In this document: positions 28,461 through 38,676 of the stretch, in pieces
Layout of the letters: each line of letters opens with the position of its first letter
Numbering within the stretch: position 1 is the first letter of the stretch
Virus record (IMG/VR): IMGVR_UViG_3300037418_002116
Length of the DNA: 64,000 nucleotides
Direction: 5' to 3' (one strand)
Source: a virus
Lineage: Duplodnaviria; Caudoviricetes
Program-made: the position numbers and the translations under genes
Notes under the pieces: generated by a model
The model's input: only the letters and a program-made list of their open reading frames with translations
Database searches by the model: none
Told to the model about the DNA's origin: nothing

Positions 28461-28703
28461 TTAGTAGTCGATGTCAAACAATCTTTTCAAAGCTTTGGGT
28501 AAAAGTCGCTTTTTCTCTGTATATGGCTTAGTTTTGAAGCGTTTCATCTGGTCATAACGTTTGGCCAAGGCGATATCTTCATCCGAACCCTTTTTCAGAG
28601 CCATTTGTTTGGCGCATGAACGATAGAATTCATCCGTTTCGTCCCACGAATCCATGAGATAACGAGAACGAAAAATTTTAATATATTCACTTTCTGTGGC
28701 CAT
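28461..28703 (-). CDS. Hypothetical protein
   Basis: Operon overlap. Confidence 0.6.
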   Translation of the reverse strand: MATESEYIKIFRSRYLMDSWDETDEFYRSCAKQMALKKGSDEDIALAKRYDQMKRFKTKPYTEKKRLLPKALKRLFDIDY

Positions 28704-29073
28704 TCCTGAATGCTCTTTGCGTAGCCCTTGTCATAGCCATTAAGTCTTCCAAGGTGAGTTTGTATTTCCGTTTAGTATACGCTTCAATTGCCCCTAAAAG
28801 GTCGGAAAGCTCCACCAGTTCCATGACAGGATTGTCTTGCAACTTGGCATCCATAAACTCTTCATATTCTTCGGTAATTTTTGATGCCTTACCAAGCTCA
28901 CCCTTTTTGATTTCCGTGGTGTGATAGCCGCAATCGTATTCTTGCTTTACCATTCTCTCACCGGAGAAATCACTAATGACACGGAAACCCGGTTCAGGAG
29001 TGCCACAACCGGAGCATTTGCCGTCTATAAAGTGCTTACACTTTCCGTCGTCCAATTTATTTCGCTTTCTCAA
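28687..29073 (-). CDS. MazG/HisE-like all-alpha NTP pyrophosphohydrolase
   Basis: SKITEEYEEFMDA...ELVELSDLLGAIE (EExxE...ExxD) metal-binding pattern. Confidence 0.7.
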   Translation of the reverse strand: MRKRNKLDDGKCKHFIDGKCSGCGTPEPGFRVISDFSGERMVKQEYDCGYHTTEIKKGELGKASKITEEYEEFMDAKLQDNPVMELVELSDLLGAIEAYTKRKYKLTLEDLMAMTRATQRAFRNGHRK

Positions 29074-29683
29074 TATTTTTTAAAATTCTTGTCAACCTCG
29101 GAAGCGCAACACCGGTTCCATATATCCATGTCGCAAACGAACAAGAGCGCAACCCATAAGAGCCGATTTCGACTCCGCACAACTCGATATCCCATGAGTC
29201 ATCCGTGGTCCGGACGATCTTCAACATTTCTTCCGCTTCACGTCGATTATGGTAATTCAGGCTACCGGGAGATTTGGCCGGGCGAACCAATGCATTGTTC
29301 GTGTATTCCAGAAAGAAATTATAGGCGATTTTCATGAGTGGTTGAACGGCATCGACCGTCACGTCACCAAAATATATCAATTCATTTTTCATGAAATATT
29401 TTGTGTGATAGAGCCCGAAATTATCATCCCTCATGCATGGTGTGACTGCCTGATAGCGGCCCGGCAACAGAAAGCCTTTGTTGATAAGGTACAGGAACGA
29501 TTGTTCCGCCGAACCAACGAAATTCTTTTTCTTCCCGTTCTTGATCACTTCATGGGGATGGACACCATCTGGCTTGGTGATGTTCAAAATTTCATCCGGC
29601 ACCAGCCATGGAGCTTCGATTCGTGAAAATCCATGGTGTTCATAATAGGAAATCGAACCCGCCAGAATCGAGTAGTCTATCAT
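29057..29683 (-). CDS. Stand-alone class II aminoacyl-tRNA-synthetase-like catalytic domain
   Basis: Motif 1 GFSRIEAPW, GSAEQSF, motif 2 TPCMRDD...HTKYFMKNEL, VEIGSYG, motif 3 GTGVALPRL. Confidence 0.7.
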   Translation of the reverse strand: MIDYSILAGSISYYEHHGFSRIEAPWLVPDEILNITKPDGVHPHEVIKNGKKKNFVGSAEQSFLYLINKGFLLPGRYQAVTPCMRDDNFGLYHTKYFMKNELIYFGDVTVDAVQPLMKIAYNFFLEYTNNALVRPAKSPGSLNYHNRREAEEMLKIVRTTDDSWDIELCGVEIGSYGLRSCSFATWIYGTGVALPRLTRILKNIEKAK

Positions 29684-29738
29684 ATAGAATCCTTAGTGTT
29701 TTCTGAAACTTATCACAACTGACCAAAACAGTCAACCT

Positions 29739-29746
29739 TATAAATA
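29739..29746 (+). promoter_or_regulatory. T4-type late promoter TATAAATA
   Basis: Exact consensus upstream of the head-spike genes. Confidence 0.85.
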
Positions 29747-29775
29747 TGGGAAGCTCCATTTTATAAGGAAAACCC

Positions 29776-30051
29776 ATGGCTGATAATTTTACAAAACAGA
29801 AAGCGACTCTAGATTCGGTCGCATTCGACGGTTTCGCCGTTACATCGAACAACACGACAGTTTTCACACAGGCCACACGTGCGCTCTATGTCGGTTCGGC
29901 TGGCAACATCGCCGTCACCATGCTTGGCTACAACAACTCAAACACCGCTTTGACGTTTGTTGGTGTGCAAGCCGGGACATTCCTTCCAATTCGTGTGATT
30001 CAGGTAAAGAGAACGGGCACAACGGCCAATTCAATTCTCGGATTGTTCTAA
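29776..30051 (+). CDS. Head spike base protein (RcGTA Rcc01079-like)
   Basis: TRALYVGSAGNIAV...GTFLPIRVIQV..TGTTA..ILGL pattern of this family; late promoter. Confidence 0.8.
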   Translation: MADNFTKQKATLDSVAFDGFAVTSNNTTVFTQATRALYVGSAGNIAVTMLGYNNSNTALTFVGVQAGTFLPIRVIQVKRTGTTANSILGLF

Positions 30052-30070
30052 AGCCGGTCAGGAAAAATAA

Positions 30071-31264
30071 ATGCCCGGCATAAATTTTAAACTCTCCCAT
30101 TTGAATGCATTTTCTAAACGAGGCGCTAGAAATCCGTTCGCTCTATTCACCTATGATATTGATTTTGCCGCTGGCACTGTCAAAGGCGGAACACAACCTT
30201 ATGGAAACAACACCAATGATGGTCGTTTGTTTCGTGATCCGAGCAACATTACCGCAACTTTCTGCCCAAATGCAGCCGGTACACTATCATCCGTTGGTGC
30301 AGCCGGTCTAAGACGCACAACCAAAGGTGTATGGTCTTACATGTCTGGCACAAACTCTGTTCTTTGGAACAGAGACTTGACCAACGCTGTTTGGACAAAA
30401 ACCAACATGACGGCATCGAAAACCACAACGGGCGCTGATGGCGCTGCTAATGCCGCAACTCGACTAACAGCAACAGCGGATGGAGCAACTGTCACACAGG
30501 CTTTTACTTCTACCGTAGCCCAAAAGGTCTTGTCGCTTGATATCAAGCGTGTCACCGGCACAGGCGATATTACCCTATCTCTTGACGGCGGCGCAACAAG
30601 AACATCGATCCTATCGGGTTTAACGACTTCTTATACCCAAAAATTTATTACACAATCCGTCACCAACCCAACCATTGAAATTCGTTTCGCCACGAACGGA
30701 GATGTATGTGATGTCGATTTAGTACAAATGTGCGTTCCGTCGATTGCCGGTTTGAATATACCGACACAACAACGCTATGCAACTACGACAGCAACCGTAA
30801 TCAACTCACAGTCACGACCAAACGTCGCTTCTGCCGATGCTGGACCACTGTTTCCCGTTACCAATGCTCCATTTGGTTTCTATTGGCAGGGTAGATCGGA
30901 AAGACCAACTGGTGGTTATGTCATCACATCGGACGGAACTTTATTTTGTAACGTTACGGGCACTGGTGCAATAACATTTACAGAAAATCCGGCAGCTTCA
31001 ACAACGGCGGCGGGTGTTTGGCGCACTGGACTCGGAAATATAAACAAAGTAGCTGGTTGGGTATCTTCAACCCAAATCAAAGTTGCATGTAACGGGCAGC
31101 TTGGAAATCTTGGGTCCGGCGTTGTCTTCTCGGGATCACAAACCCACTGGGATTTGGGAACAAACGGTTCGGGTGCCAACACCTTAATGGGACTCAATGA
31201 AAGGTTCGCAGTCGGTGCGAACCTTGTATTCACTGATGCCGAATTGATTTCAATGACGACTTAA
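30071..31264 (+). CDS. Head spike/fiber protein
   Basis: T/G/A/S-rich beta protein; TNSVLWNRDLTNAVWTKTN repeat seen in head-fiber proteins; follows the spike-base gene. Confidence 0.7.
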   Translation: MPGINFKLSHLNAFSKRGARNPFALFTYDIDFAAGTVKGGTQPYGNNTNDGRLFRDPSNITATFCPNAAGTLSSVGAAGLRRTTKGVWSYMSGTNSVLWNRDLTNAVWTKTNMTASKTTTGADGAANAATRLTATADGATVTQAFTSTVAQKVLSLDIKRVTGTGDITLSLDGGATRTSILSGLTTSYTQKFITQSVTNPTIEIRFATNGDVCDVDLVQMCVPSIAGLNIPTQQRYATTTATVINSQSRPNVASADAGPLFPVTNAPFGFYWQGRSERPTGGYVITSDGTLFCNVTGTGAITFTENPAASTTAAGVWRTGLGNINKVAGWVSSTQIKVACNGQLGNLGSGVVFSGSQTHWDLGTNGSGANTLMGLNERFAVGANLVFTDAELISMTT

Positions 31265-31944
31265 GCCGTCACGAACACGAAAACAGCCGAGTCCTGCCAC
31301 TTGATTCCCACGATATCCCAACCCATCTTTTTGAGAGTCTTGGGTTGAACTTCAATGAATTCGATGGCCGATTCATCTTCACCGGAAACGGCGACCACTG
31401 CCTTTTTCATGTCGTCAACGCAGCCGGGATAATTGTCGAAATCGGAAGTCCAAGAAAACATGTAGGGCTTGGACGAATTTCCACCTAGCGCCTCGACCGA
31501 CTGTTTGAGATTCTTCGAACGAGGATGCGAATTGGCAGTGATCAGGCGCATGATGTTCTCCGTTCAATCGAGGGGATCGGTCTTTAGATCGTCGTACTTG
31601 TCTTCCGCCGACTGCCGAATTTCCTCGATTTCCTTTTCGAGAATGATTGCGGCGAGCGAACCGGGATTCACGCCCGCAAGCTGTTCCTTCAATCGGGCAA
31701 TTGGAGCGCTGAAACGAGTGTTGCCGTGATCAGCAAACCACTGGACATAATCAAACATTGGCCTTCTCCACAAGCTGTTCAATCGTCTTCTGCGAAACGT
31801 GACCACGATCCGAAACGACCGTCATCACATGCTCTTCCTGCTTGGTCTGGACAGCGAAGCCGGGAAACTCGGGATCGATTTCGGCTACCTTGTAACCAAC
31901 CTTTTCAAGGGCATGGACGGCATCAACGACAAGCATTTCGTCAT
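31261..31944 (-). CDS. Early hypothetical CDSs (31261-31551, 31564-31758, 31751-31944)
   Basis: Behind the early promoter at 31945-31996. Confidence 0.6.
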
Positions 31945-31996
31945 TCCTCTTTCTCTCTACATTCATCAATATAATCAGAATGTAGAGAGTGTCAAG
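31945..31996 (-). promoter_or_regulatory. Early promoter with perfect 12-bp inverted repeat around the -10 box
   Basis: CTTGAC-N16-TTATAT; CTCTCTACATTC (31953-64) / GAATGTAGAGAG (31978-89). Confidence 0.85.
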
Positions 31997-32005
31997 ATGA
32001 AAAGT

Positions 32006-32626
32006 TTAGTGTTCCGACAGATATTCCGTGACCTTGGAACCGACGCTCCAATACATGTTCCAGCCCGGTTCACCGGTCACATCCTTGTCACGCCACGGGG
32101 CGGCGATCCACGCCGAGTCGCTCCACTTCGACACTTCGACGGCTTCCGAAAGGTCTTCCGGCAAGCCAACCTGATTGCCAAACTTCTCCACGACGGCTTC
32201 AAGAGCGGCCTTCACCGCCGCCGCCGAATTGGCACGGCTGGTGGAAACGTAGTTGGAACCGAAATGGACCTTGCGAGCGCCTTCCGGCAGCGGATTCTTA
32301 ACCGGCGTGACATAACCCATGGAACCGGACGTGCCTTCCGTCTCACCGTAAGTCACAGTACCATCCGGCAGCATGTAGGAAGTCTTCGAATAGGCCATGT
32401 CGATGGAACCATCGAAGCCACGGGAAGAAAACGGCTGGACAACGGCGTCAACTGCCTTGGTTGTCGGACCATCGGTCCAAGCGATGGACACAGATGCGCC
32501 GCCCGCATAGGACGAAGAACGGACGGAAAACTTCTGCTTGCCGAACGCCTTCTTAAGAGCGGCACGGATCAGCTTGGCCGACTCAGCGACCGACAGATAG
32601 AGCGTTTCACCAGATTCATACGACAT
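32006..32626 (-). CDS. LPD29 domain protein
   Basis: AKLIRAALKKAFGKQKFSVRSSSYAGGASVSIAWTDGPT...FDGSIDM is the LPD29 pattern. Confidence 0.75.
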   Translation of the reverse strand: MSYESGETLYLSVAESAKLIRAALKKAFGKQKFSVRSSSYAGGASVSIAWTDGPTTKAVDAVVQPFSSRGFDGSIDMAYSKTSYMLPDGTVTYGETEGTSGSMGYVTPVKNPLPEGARKVHFGSNYVSTSRANSAAAVKAALEAVVEKFGNQVGLPEDLSEAVEVSKWSDSAWIAAPWRDKDVTGEPGWNMYWSVGSKVTEYLSEH

Positions 32627-32685
32627 TCGAATTCCTCTCTTGTCTCTACATTCATTAATATAATCGAAATCTAGAGAATGTCAAG
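32627..32685 (-). promoter_or_regulatory. Early promoter (same family) and RBS
   Basis: CTTGAC-N16-TTATAT...GAATGTAGAGA...GAGAGGAATTCGA-ATG. Confidence 0.85.
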
Positions 32686-34156
32686 CGGCCTTTTGCTTTC
32701 TTTCCTTGATTTCTTTCCGAGTCATCTTCCGATAGAAAACGCACCATAGCGGGAAGCCGGATGACTGATTGCAGGATTCCACCAAGCCGGTGGCCACGTT
32801 GTTGATGCCGTAATAGCCCTTCACAAAGGCATCCAATTCGGCACTTGTCATTTGGTCCCATCGGCACTTGCGACCGATTGCGGCCAAACCCTTTTCGAGC
32901 TTGCGCTTGTACTTCGGATTAGAATGAGCCCATTGATGCATTCTGTCTGTGTAATCGCCATGGGAATTCTTTGTCGTTTCCGGCGTTCCGATGACATAGA
33001 ACGAATCATAGGAATATGGATGCGAATATTTGTCTCGGTAATGCTTCGGTTCGCCATTCCATGAGTAGGATGGTTGTGCATCATGCCAGATACCAACCCC
33101 ATGCGGACAGGAATATTGGGATGAACGATGAAGCTCCTGATAGTTACGAAACATTTCGTTGTATGAAATTCGTGTCACTTTCGCTTCCTTTCCAGCCACG
33201 TTTTCATTTCTCTAATCGTGGAAAATTCGTCACCACAACGGTCCTCATTTGTCGGACGAAAATAATATTTCTTTTCCTGTGTTTGCCGAATGTTACCTAC
33301 ATGCCCGCCATTTTTGTAGACTCGAATGCAGAAACTAACGCCGCCGCAGCGAGGAAGGTATCTAATCACTTTTTCTCCGTCGTCTCTTCATATCGGGGAG
33401 TCTTGTTCTGGTATGCGTCACAACGCCCGCTGACATAGGACAGCTTGAAATTGTAGGGAACTCGATTGCGCTGGCTTTTCTTGCCAGCCTTGGCGTCAGC
33501 ATAGCCTTTCAGATAGAAATTCTTGACGGGATCATTTGCCATCACTTGTCCCCTTCAAATAAGCGAAAAGCTTGTCAAGGTCTGTGCCGGTCCAGTAGGT
33601 GGAAAGACAATCATAGGACAGAAGCGCATAGCTCTTGTCCTTGCGATATGCGATTCGCTTACCCTGATGTAGGGCCAGCGTCTCGCACTTATCCAGCATC
33701 GACCTTTTCACGTTCAAATCTCACTCACCAGCTTGTCGATCATGGTCATCTTCATTGCCTGTTGAGCGATGGTTGCGGCCAGAATCATACCCATGTTTCC
33801 GGCGCAAAGCGTGGCGAGAACGGTTTCGCCCTTGGCCAAGCCAGTGACCTTATACTGAACCACCTGATACTTAGGCGCATCGATCTTCGAATGCCGAACG
33901 ATGATGCAATCTTCGGTGTAAGTAGTCATCACTTTGCCTTCTCGTAAGAATAGACAACGTTCACATAGGACTTTTGCTTGGTCTGGAAATTCTTCCCGTT
34001 GTACCGCTTGGTGATCTTCACCCGATAACCGGCGTCCTTCTGTGCCTGAACATAGGCAACAAGGTCTGCATAATTACCATTACCAAGCCGGAAAGTCATG
34101 GCGGCGACCGGAACAAGCTTCCGGACGTATCTGGCGGCAGTGTTGGGATTGGCCAT
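32681..34156 (-). CDS. Early hypothetical CDSs (32681-33199, 33175-33369, 33366-33542, 33532-33717, 33714-33932, 33929-34156)
   Basis: Chained overlaps behind the promoter at about 34183-34215. Confidence 0.65.
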
Positions 34157-34217
34157 TTCGTCTCTCTCAATCACTCTTCGATCTTCAATATAATGAAAAT
34201 ATTGAAGGAGTCAACAG

Positions 34218-34739
34218 TTACTTTCCAGAAATGTAACCCTTACCGTCAACAATCTGGAAAACTGGAATGTAGTTTGAACGATAGTCGGGGAGAACACGGT
34301 TGGTAGCCGAGTCAAGCACCACATATCCGCCATCGGTCTTGACGGCGACAACAGCATGATAATCCTTATGGCCGGGAAGCGTCACGATCATCAGCGAAAC
34401 GTCGGCAGGCTTGAAACCGTTCTGGAAAAGATAAGCGATCTTCAAGAGCGCAAAATCTTCGCAATCGCCCTTACCGCTGGCGAGCGTGTCGGCGGGATTG
34501 GTCCAAACGTCGTCGGACTCGGTCGTGTAGGCGACTGACTTGTTCACAAAAGCGTTGATGGCAAGGATACGATCATTGGTCGTACCGTTGAAATCATGCT
34601 TCGAAATCTGGAAATTGATGGAAGCGAACTTCTTTGTGAAGTCTGAATTGAAAGGAATAGACTTCGAAGCGAAGGGAGCGGCGAAAGCGCTCGAAATCGC
34701 AAGGGCAGAAAGCAAAATGGCACAAAGAATTCTCTTCAT
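34218..34739 (-). CDS. Transglutaminase-like cysteine peptidase (BTLCP/LapG family) with signal peptide
   Basis: MKRILCAILLSALAISSAFA signal; INAFVN, VWTNP, GDCEDFALLK, HAVVAV, VLD (Cys-His-Asp triad). Confidence 0.9.
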   Translation of the reverse strand: MKRILCAILLSALAISSAFAAPFASKSIPFNSDFTKKFASINFQISKHDFNGTTNDRILAINAFVNKSVAYTTESDDVWTNPADTLASGKGDCEDFALLKIAYLFQNGFKPADVSLMIVTLPGHKDYHAVVAVKTDGGYVVLDSATNRVLPDYRSNYIPVFQIVDGKGYISGK

Positions 34740-34770
34740 GCCATTTATATAATCAAAATATTTGGGGATG

Positions 34771-35661
34771 TCAAGTGCCTGAATGAAAAGTTCCGCAAGA
34801 GGCATGAACGTCCAGACCAACCCGGTCGATCACTTGGACACGACCATCCATCGTTTCCGACAGAATTCTGGCAATTTCTGGTATTCTTTCCGACTCTGTT
34901 CCGTATCGTATCGAGTACGGATTATAGGCAACGATGTTATAATCCAAATCGTCTAGGTCATTTTCCTGAATGAATTTAACAAGTTGCTCGATTTGTTCCT
35001 CTGTATCATTCTCGCCTTTGATGAAAGCGTTGTGCAGAACGACATTTCCGCCACGTTCACGGAATAGATTGATCGCCCAAGCCGCTTTCTTCGGTTCCAT
35101 GGCCTTTGGAAGCCAACGTTTCCGAAATTTTTCGAGCGGCGAGTAGAGCGACCAATAAATTTTTGTGTCGGGCTGAACGTACCAGCGCAATTCCGGGGCA
35201 TCTACCGGCAGGATTGTGGAAATGTTATAGGATGGCTTCAAACGGTAGATATGAGCCCATGACCAAAGCATCTGGCGAATCTGCATCCAATGCCCATAGT
35301 TCATGATAAACCGATTTGCGAATGGTTCACCACGGGCCATGAAATTAAAATTCACATCCGTTTCGTTGCCGGTCTTTTTGTTTTCAGACCAGTACTTTAG
35401 AACCGTGTAGGCTTGATCATCAAACGCAAACGGTCCAACGTCGTCCATCGACGTTTGTTTGGTTGAAGTCAGATGGCAGAAACGGCAAGCCATTTTACAA
35501 CCATTATGCGAGGAAAGATAGACCACGACTTGGTGATCCTCTCGCCTCACATAACGACATTCGAGAAATGATTTACCGGCGTTCGATATGAAATTTACAG
35601 AGTCGTCAATTTCTGAAAATTCTTTTTGCCATTGAACCGGATTTGCCCAATTGACTTTCAA
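34771..35661 (-). CDS. Radical SAM protein, RlmN/Cfr-like
   Basis: SSHNGCKMACRFC (CxxxCxxC), ARGEP, WSLYSP, GEND, YNP and C-terminal ASCG. Confidence 0.85.
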   Translation of the reverse strand: MKVNWANPVQWQKEFSEIDDSVNFISNAGKSFLECRYVRREDHQVVVYLSSHNGCKMACRFCHLTSTKQTSMDDVGPFAFDDQAYTVLKYWSENKKTGNETDVNFNFMARGEPFANRFIMNYGHWMQIRQMLWSWAHIYRLKPSYNISTILPVDAPELRWYVQPDTKIYWSLYSPLEKFRKRWLPKAMEPKKAAWAINLFRERGGNVVLHNAFIKGENDTEEQIEQLVKFIQENDLDDLDYNIVAYNPYSIRYGTESERIPEIARILSETMDGRVQVIDRVGLDVHASCGTFHSGT

Positions 35662-36191
35662 CGATACGGAACCATGCGCACGGTTGCAGGCTTCATGGCA
35701 ATAAACTGAACGTTGTCGATTTCAACGGTATCAGGATATTTACCATTGATGAATCGGGCTTGCGTCTTGCGCTTGCCGTCCCGAGTGGAAATGTAAATCT
35801 CAATTTTCTTCGATCTGGAAAGCGCAATCCAAATCGAACGTCCACCACGAGATTGCGAAGAACCGGACAGAATCACCATGTCATGTTCTGTGACAAGGTA
35901 GGTATACAGCTTTGCCGCCATATCCTTGCCACGATGCTTCTGATGAACATAGACGAAACTGACTTCGTACCGATTACCCGAAATCTTGTCCAATTCCAGC
36001 TTGACGACAGGAGTCACATTGTCTTTGTCAAGCGCATATGCGGTATAGTGATCTTCTCCACAATATTTTTTGTGGAAAACAAAGAGCTTTTCAAACAATC
36101 CGATGAATCTCTGTTCAGCCAGAATTTCAGAAAGCTTTTTGGTTGTTTCACGAAATGTTGTGATTTCCGTTACAGACGTATCGGTTGGCAT
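35658..36191 (-). CDS. GNAT-like acetyltransferase
   Basis: VYVHQKHRGKDMAAKLY acetyl-CoA-binding motif A; QSRGGRSIW. Confidence 0.7.
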   Translation of the reverse strand: MPTDTSVTEITTFRETTKKLSEILAEQRFIGLFEKLFVFHKKYCGEDHYTAYALDKDNVTPVVKLELDKISGNRYEVSFVYVHQKHRGKDMAAKLYTYLVTEHDMVILSGSSQSRGGRSIWIALSRSKKIEIYISTRDGKRKTQARFINGKYPDTVEIDNVQFIAMKPATVRMVPYR

Positions 36192-36215
36192 AATATAGTC
36201 CTGATGTTAAAGTAA

Positions 36216-36842
36216 TTAGTCGATAACAGGCAATTCGAAATATTGATTCAAATCTGCCAAAGGAAGGGCGGGAACCATGGAAACAGTATCCAAATCACCC
36301 AGAAATGGAGTGACTTCCGGCCATTTTATTTTCAGACCTTGCACGGTCGTTGACAAGCGGAAAGCTTGCTGAATTTTGTTATAGCCTTCCTTCAAGGAAG
36401 ACTCGAAATCCTTCGAAAGATTCCTCAATTCACGATATTCATCTGTGAATTTGTCGTTCGCATCAAAATATTTAACTGCGCCTTTTCGATCCTTATCAAG
36501 CATAACGTATTTGGTTTCGGCCTCGTCACGCTCGTTAAAATGTGTCCCATAGTTATAGGTATTTCCAAATCTTGGGCCATCGAAATACAACGTGGCGTAG
36601 TCACCAGCAAAAGACATGGAAAAATGTGTGACTTGTGGAAGCCAACCGGCTGGCAATTCAGCCATCTTCTTTCGAAGGCTTTCAGAATAGATATCGTTAT
36701 AGATATCGAGCGCCAGCTTGCGGTAACGTCGCACAAGCGTATCGGCGTCTTTCTTGAAACGGTATGTTAGAATGCGTCCTGTGATGATTCGTTTGTTATG
36801 AATCGTCAACCTTGTTGTTTTTTCGCTCAAAAATTTCCTCAA
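36216..36842 (-). CDS. Nmad5-like (nucleotide-modification-associated domain 5) protein
   Basis: LPAGWLP and TTVQGLKIKWPE...VPALP..LN patterns; start uncertain. Confidence 0.6.
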   Translation of the reverse strand: MRKFLSEKTTRLTIHNKRIITGRILTYRFKKDADTLVRRYRKLALDIYNDIYSESLRKKMAELPAGWLPQVTHFSMSFAGDYATLYFDGPRFGNTYNYGTHFNERDEAETKYVMLDKDRKGAVKYFDANDKFTDEYRELRNLSKDFESSLKEGYNKIQQAFRLSTTVQGLKIKWPEVTPFLGDLDTVSMVPALPLADLNQYFELPVID

Positions 36843-38050
36843 AATGTTCAGTTATTAAAACTCGTTTGATACCCAATTTACCGTTCTTAAAACGATGTTC
36901 ACCAAGGGTAATTGGCTTGTTATGACCAGCTTTCCGAGCCTCTGACAGAGAGGGAAAAAGGTCTAGACGAACGACTAGATCGGCAGTTTGTCGCATTCTT
37001 TCGAAACTGAAATGCGTCTAGTGGTCCGATGAAATCTTCATTAGTGCAGATTTCAAACACGGTCGGAAACGGGATAGGAGAGCCATTCTTCACTTTATCC
37101 CAAAGAATGCCAACCATGGACTCAATCCAGTCATCGGCACTGGAATTGTTCGGCCCGTTTGTCTCTTACGACTTGATCGGCTTTCTTTCTAAGCGATTCC
37201 GCCTGATTCAGAAGTCGAGCAAGCTCATTCTGTTTAGAGAGTAGTGCTTGATCCGGTTGTTTCGGCATGACGGGCAATCTCCAATTCGTTCTCTGCCCGC
37301 ATCTGTTCTTTGTGTTCTCGGATCAATCGTTCTTCACGAATTCCCCAATTGTAAATGATGTAGGCAATGTATCCAACGATCATTGCCAAAACTATAAGAT
37401 TTGTCAAGATATTTCCTTAAATGTCCTGTCCAGCGTCAACCCAAGCCTGCATATCATACTTGGTCAGAAGCGAACACGGCACGAAAAATGTCGAATCGGT
37501 CGAAATGTTCTTCATGCACTGACTGTTAGCGGCGATCTTCGGCGCATTTGCCGTGTGACCCACGTTAACATATGTGGCGGCGACGATTTCAGCAACAAGC
37601 AGGGCGGCGACACAGGCAATTGCGGTCTTCACGAGCTTGTACATTTGATTTCTTTCTCAAAACAATCAGTGTACGGGCAAACTATCGCACCATAGATTGA
37701 ATGTCAAGAGGGAGAATTCGATTCCTCAATGTAGTCTTCACAGAAAACAGCGGTTTCCATGAGATGTGGCCACAATACTTCGACTAACTCTTTGATTTCC
37801 ATGTAATTATAATCGTATGGAAGAAATGCCACCGCCCAAAAATTATCATCCATATAGATGCCGATTCCACCTTCCGGTAAAGAGTCGAGCGTTCCCGGCA
37901 CACCGATGACCTTGGTAAAATCCCTCGGAGGAATTCCATCCAAAGGATTAAACCAAAAGTCACCATGATGCATAGAGGTTACAACGAACGTTTCGCCGGT
38001 ATCCAACGGATATTCGTGTCGCTCTTCCTTGAAATTTTTCAGGTATTCAG
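36796..38050 (-). CDS. Small hypothetical CDSs (36796-36996, short ORFs in 36980-37400, 37417-37644, 37704-38050)
   Basis: Co-oriented ORFs with RBSs; some are membrane- or signal-peptide-like. Confidence 0.5.
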
Positions 38051-38676
38051 AGAGCGGCGGCACGTTGTTCATTGGCACCCTTCGAATCGTTGTGATGTGT
38101 CACAACCACCGGGATTTGTGAAAGTTTTTGATGAACTTCCTCCCATGAGATTGGCACCGGGCCGATGGCATCAACGCCAACATCCATTGCCCGCACTGGC
38201 GTATCGCCATACACGGGTTCACCGTGCACGTGTCCGAACAGATGGTAAGTTCCATGGTGTGCGGCGTCCCACCGGCCAGCAACGAACGGATGATGGTTGA
38301 TGTGGACCTTCTGCTTTGCGCCAACCCCTACATCCATCGTGAAGACATCACCAAAGGCGATCTTCTTCCATGGCAGCTTGCGCACGGGAGTGTGGTCGTG
38401 ATTGCCTCGATACAGGATTTTGTTCTTGCAATTGATGGAGTTGAAGAAATAGGCCAACTCTGCATCAGTCGATTTGAAAGCAAAATCGCCAAGGAAATGC
38501 AGTTCATCATTCTCACGGACCACCGAATTGATGGACTCGATCAGATGTTCATTCATTTCCTTGCGTGTAGCGTAGGGGCGAGTTGCCGGACAGAATTTCA
38601 TAATGCCCGACTTGGGTTCAGATGCCAGTTCATTTCCGTGATTGAAATGCCAATCCGAATGAAAAAACTTAGTCAA
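38047..38676 (-). CDS. Calcineurin-like metallophosphoesterase
   Basis: SDWHFNH, LGDFAF, GNHD, NHHP, FGHVHG, DVGVD motifs. Confidence 0.9.
   Translation of the reverse strand: MTKFFHSDWHFNHGNELASEPKSGIMKFCPATRPYATRKEMNEHLIESINSVVRENDELHFLGDFAFKSTDAELAYFFNSINCKNKILYRGNHDHTPVRKLPWKKIAFGDVFTMDVGVGAKQKVHINHHPFVAGRWDAAHHGTYHLFGHVHGEPVYGDTPVRAMDVGVDAIGPVPISWEEVHQKLSQIPVVVTHHNDSKGANEQRAAAL

Noticed and set aside
28277-28531. ORF MVPRHGFEPRLL...
   Set aside because: Antisense translation of the two tRNA-Gln genes.
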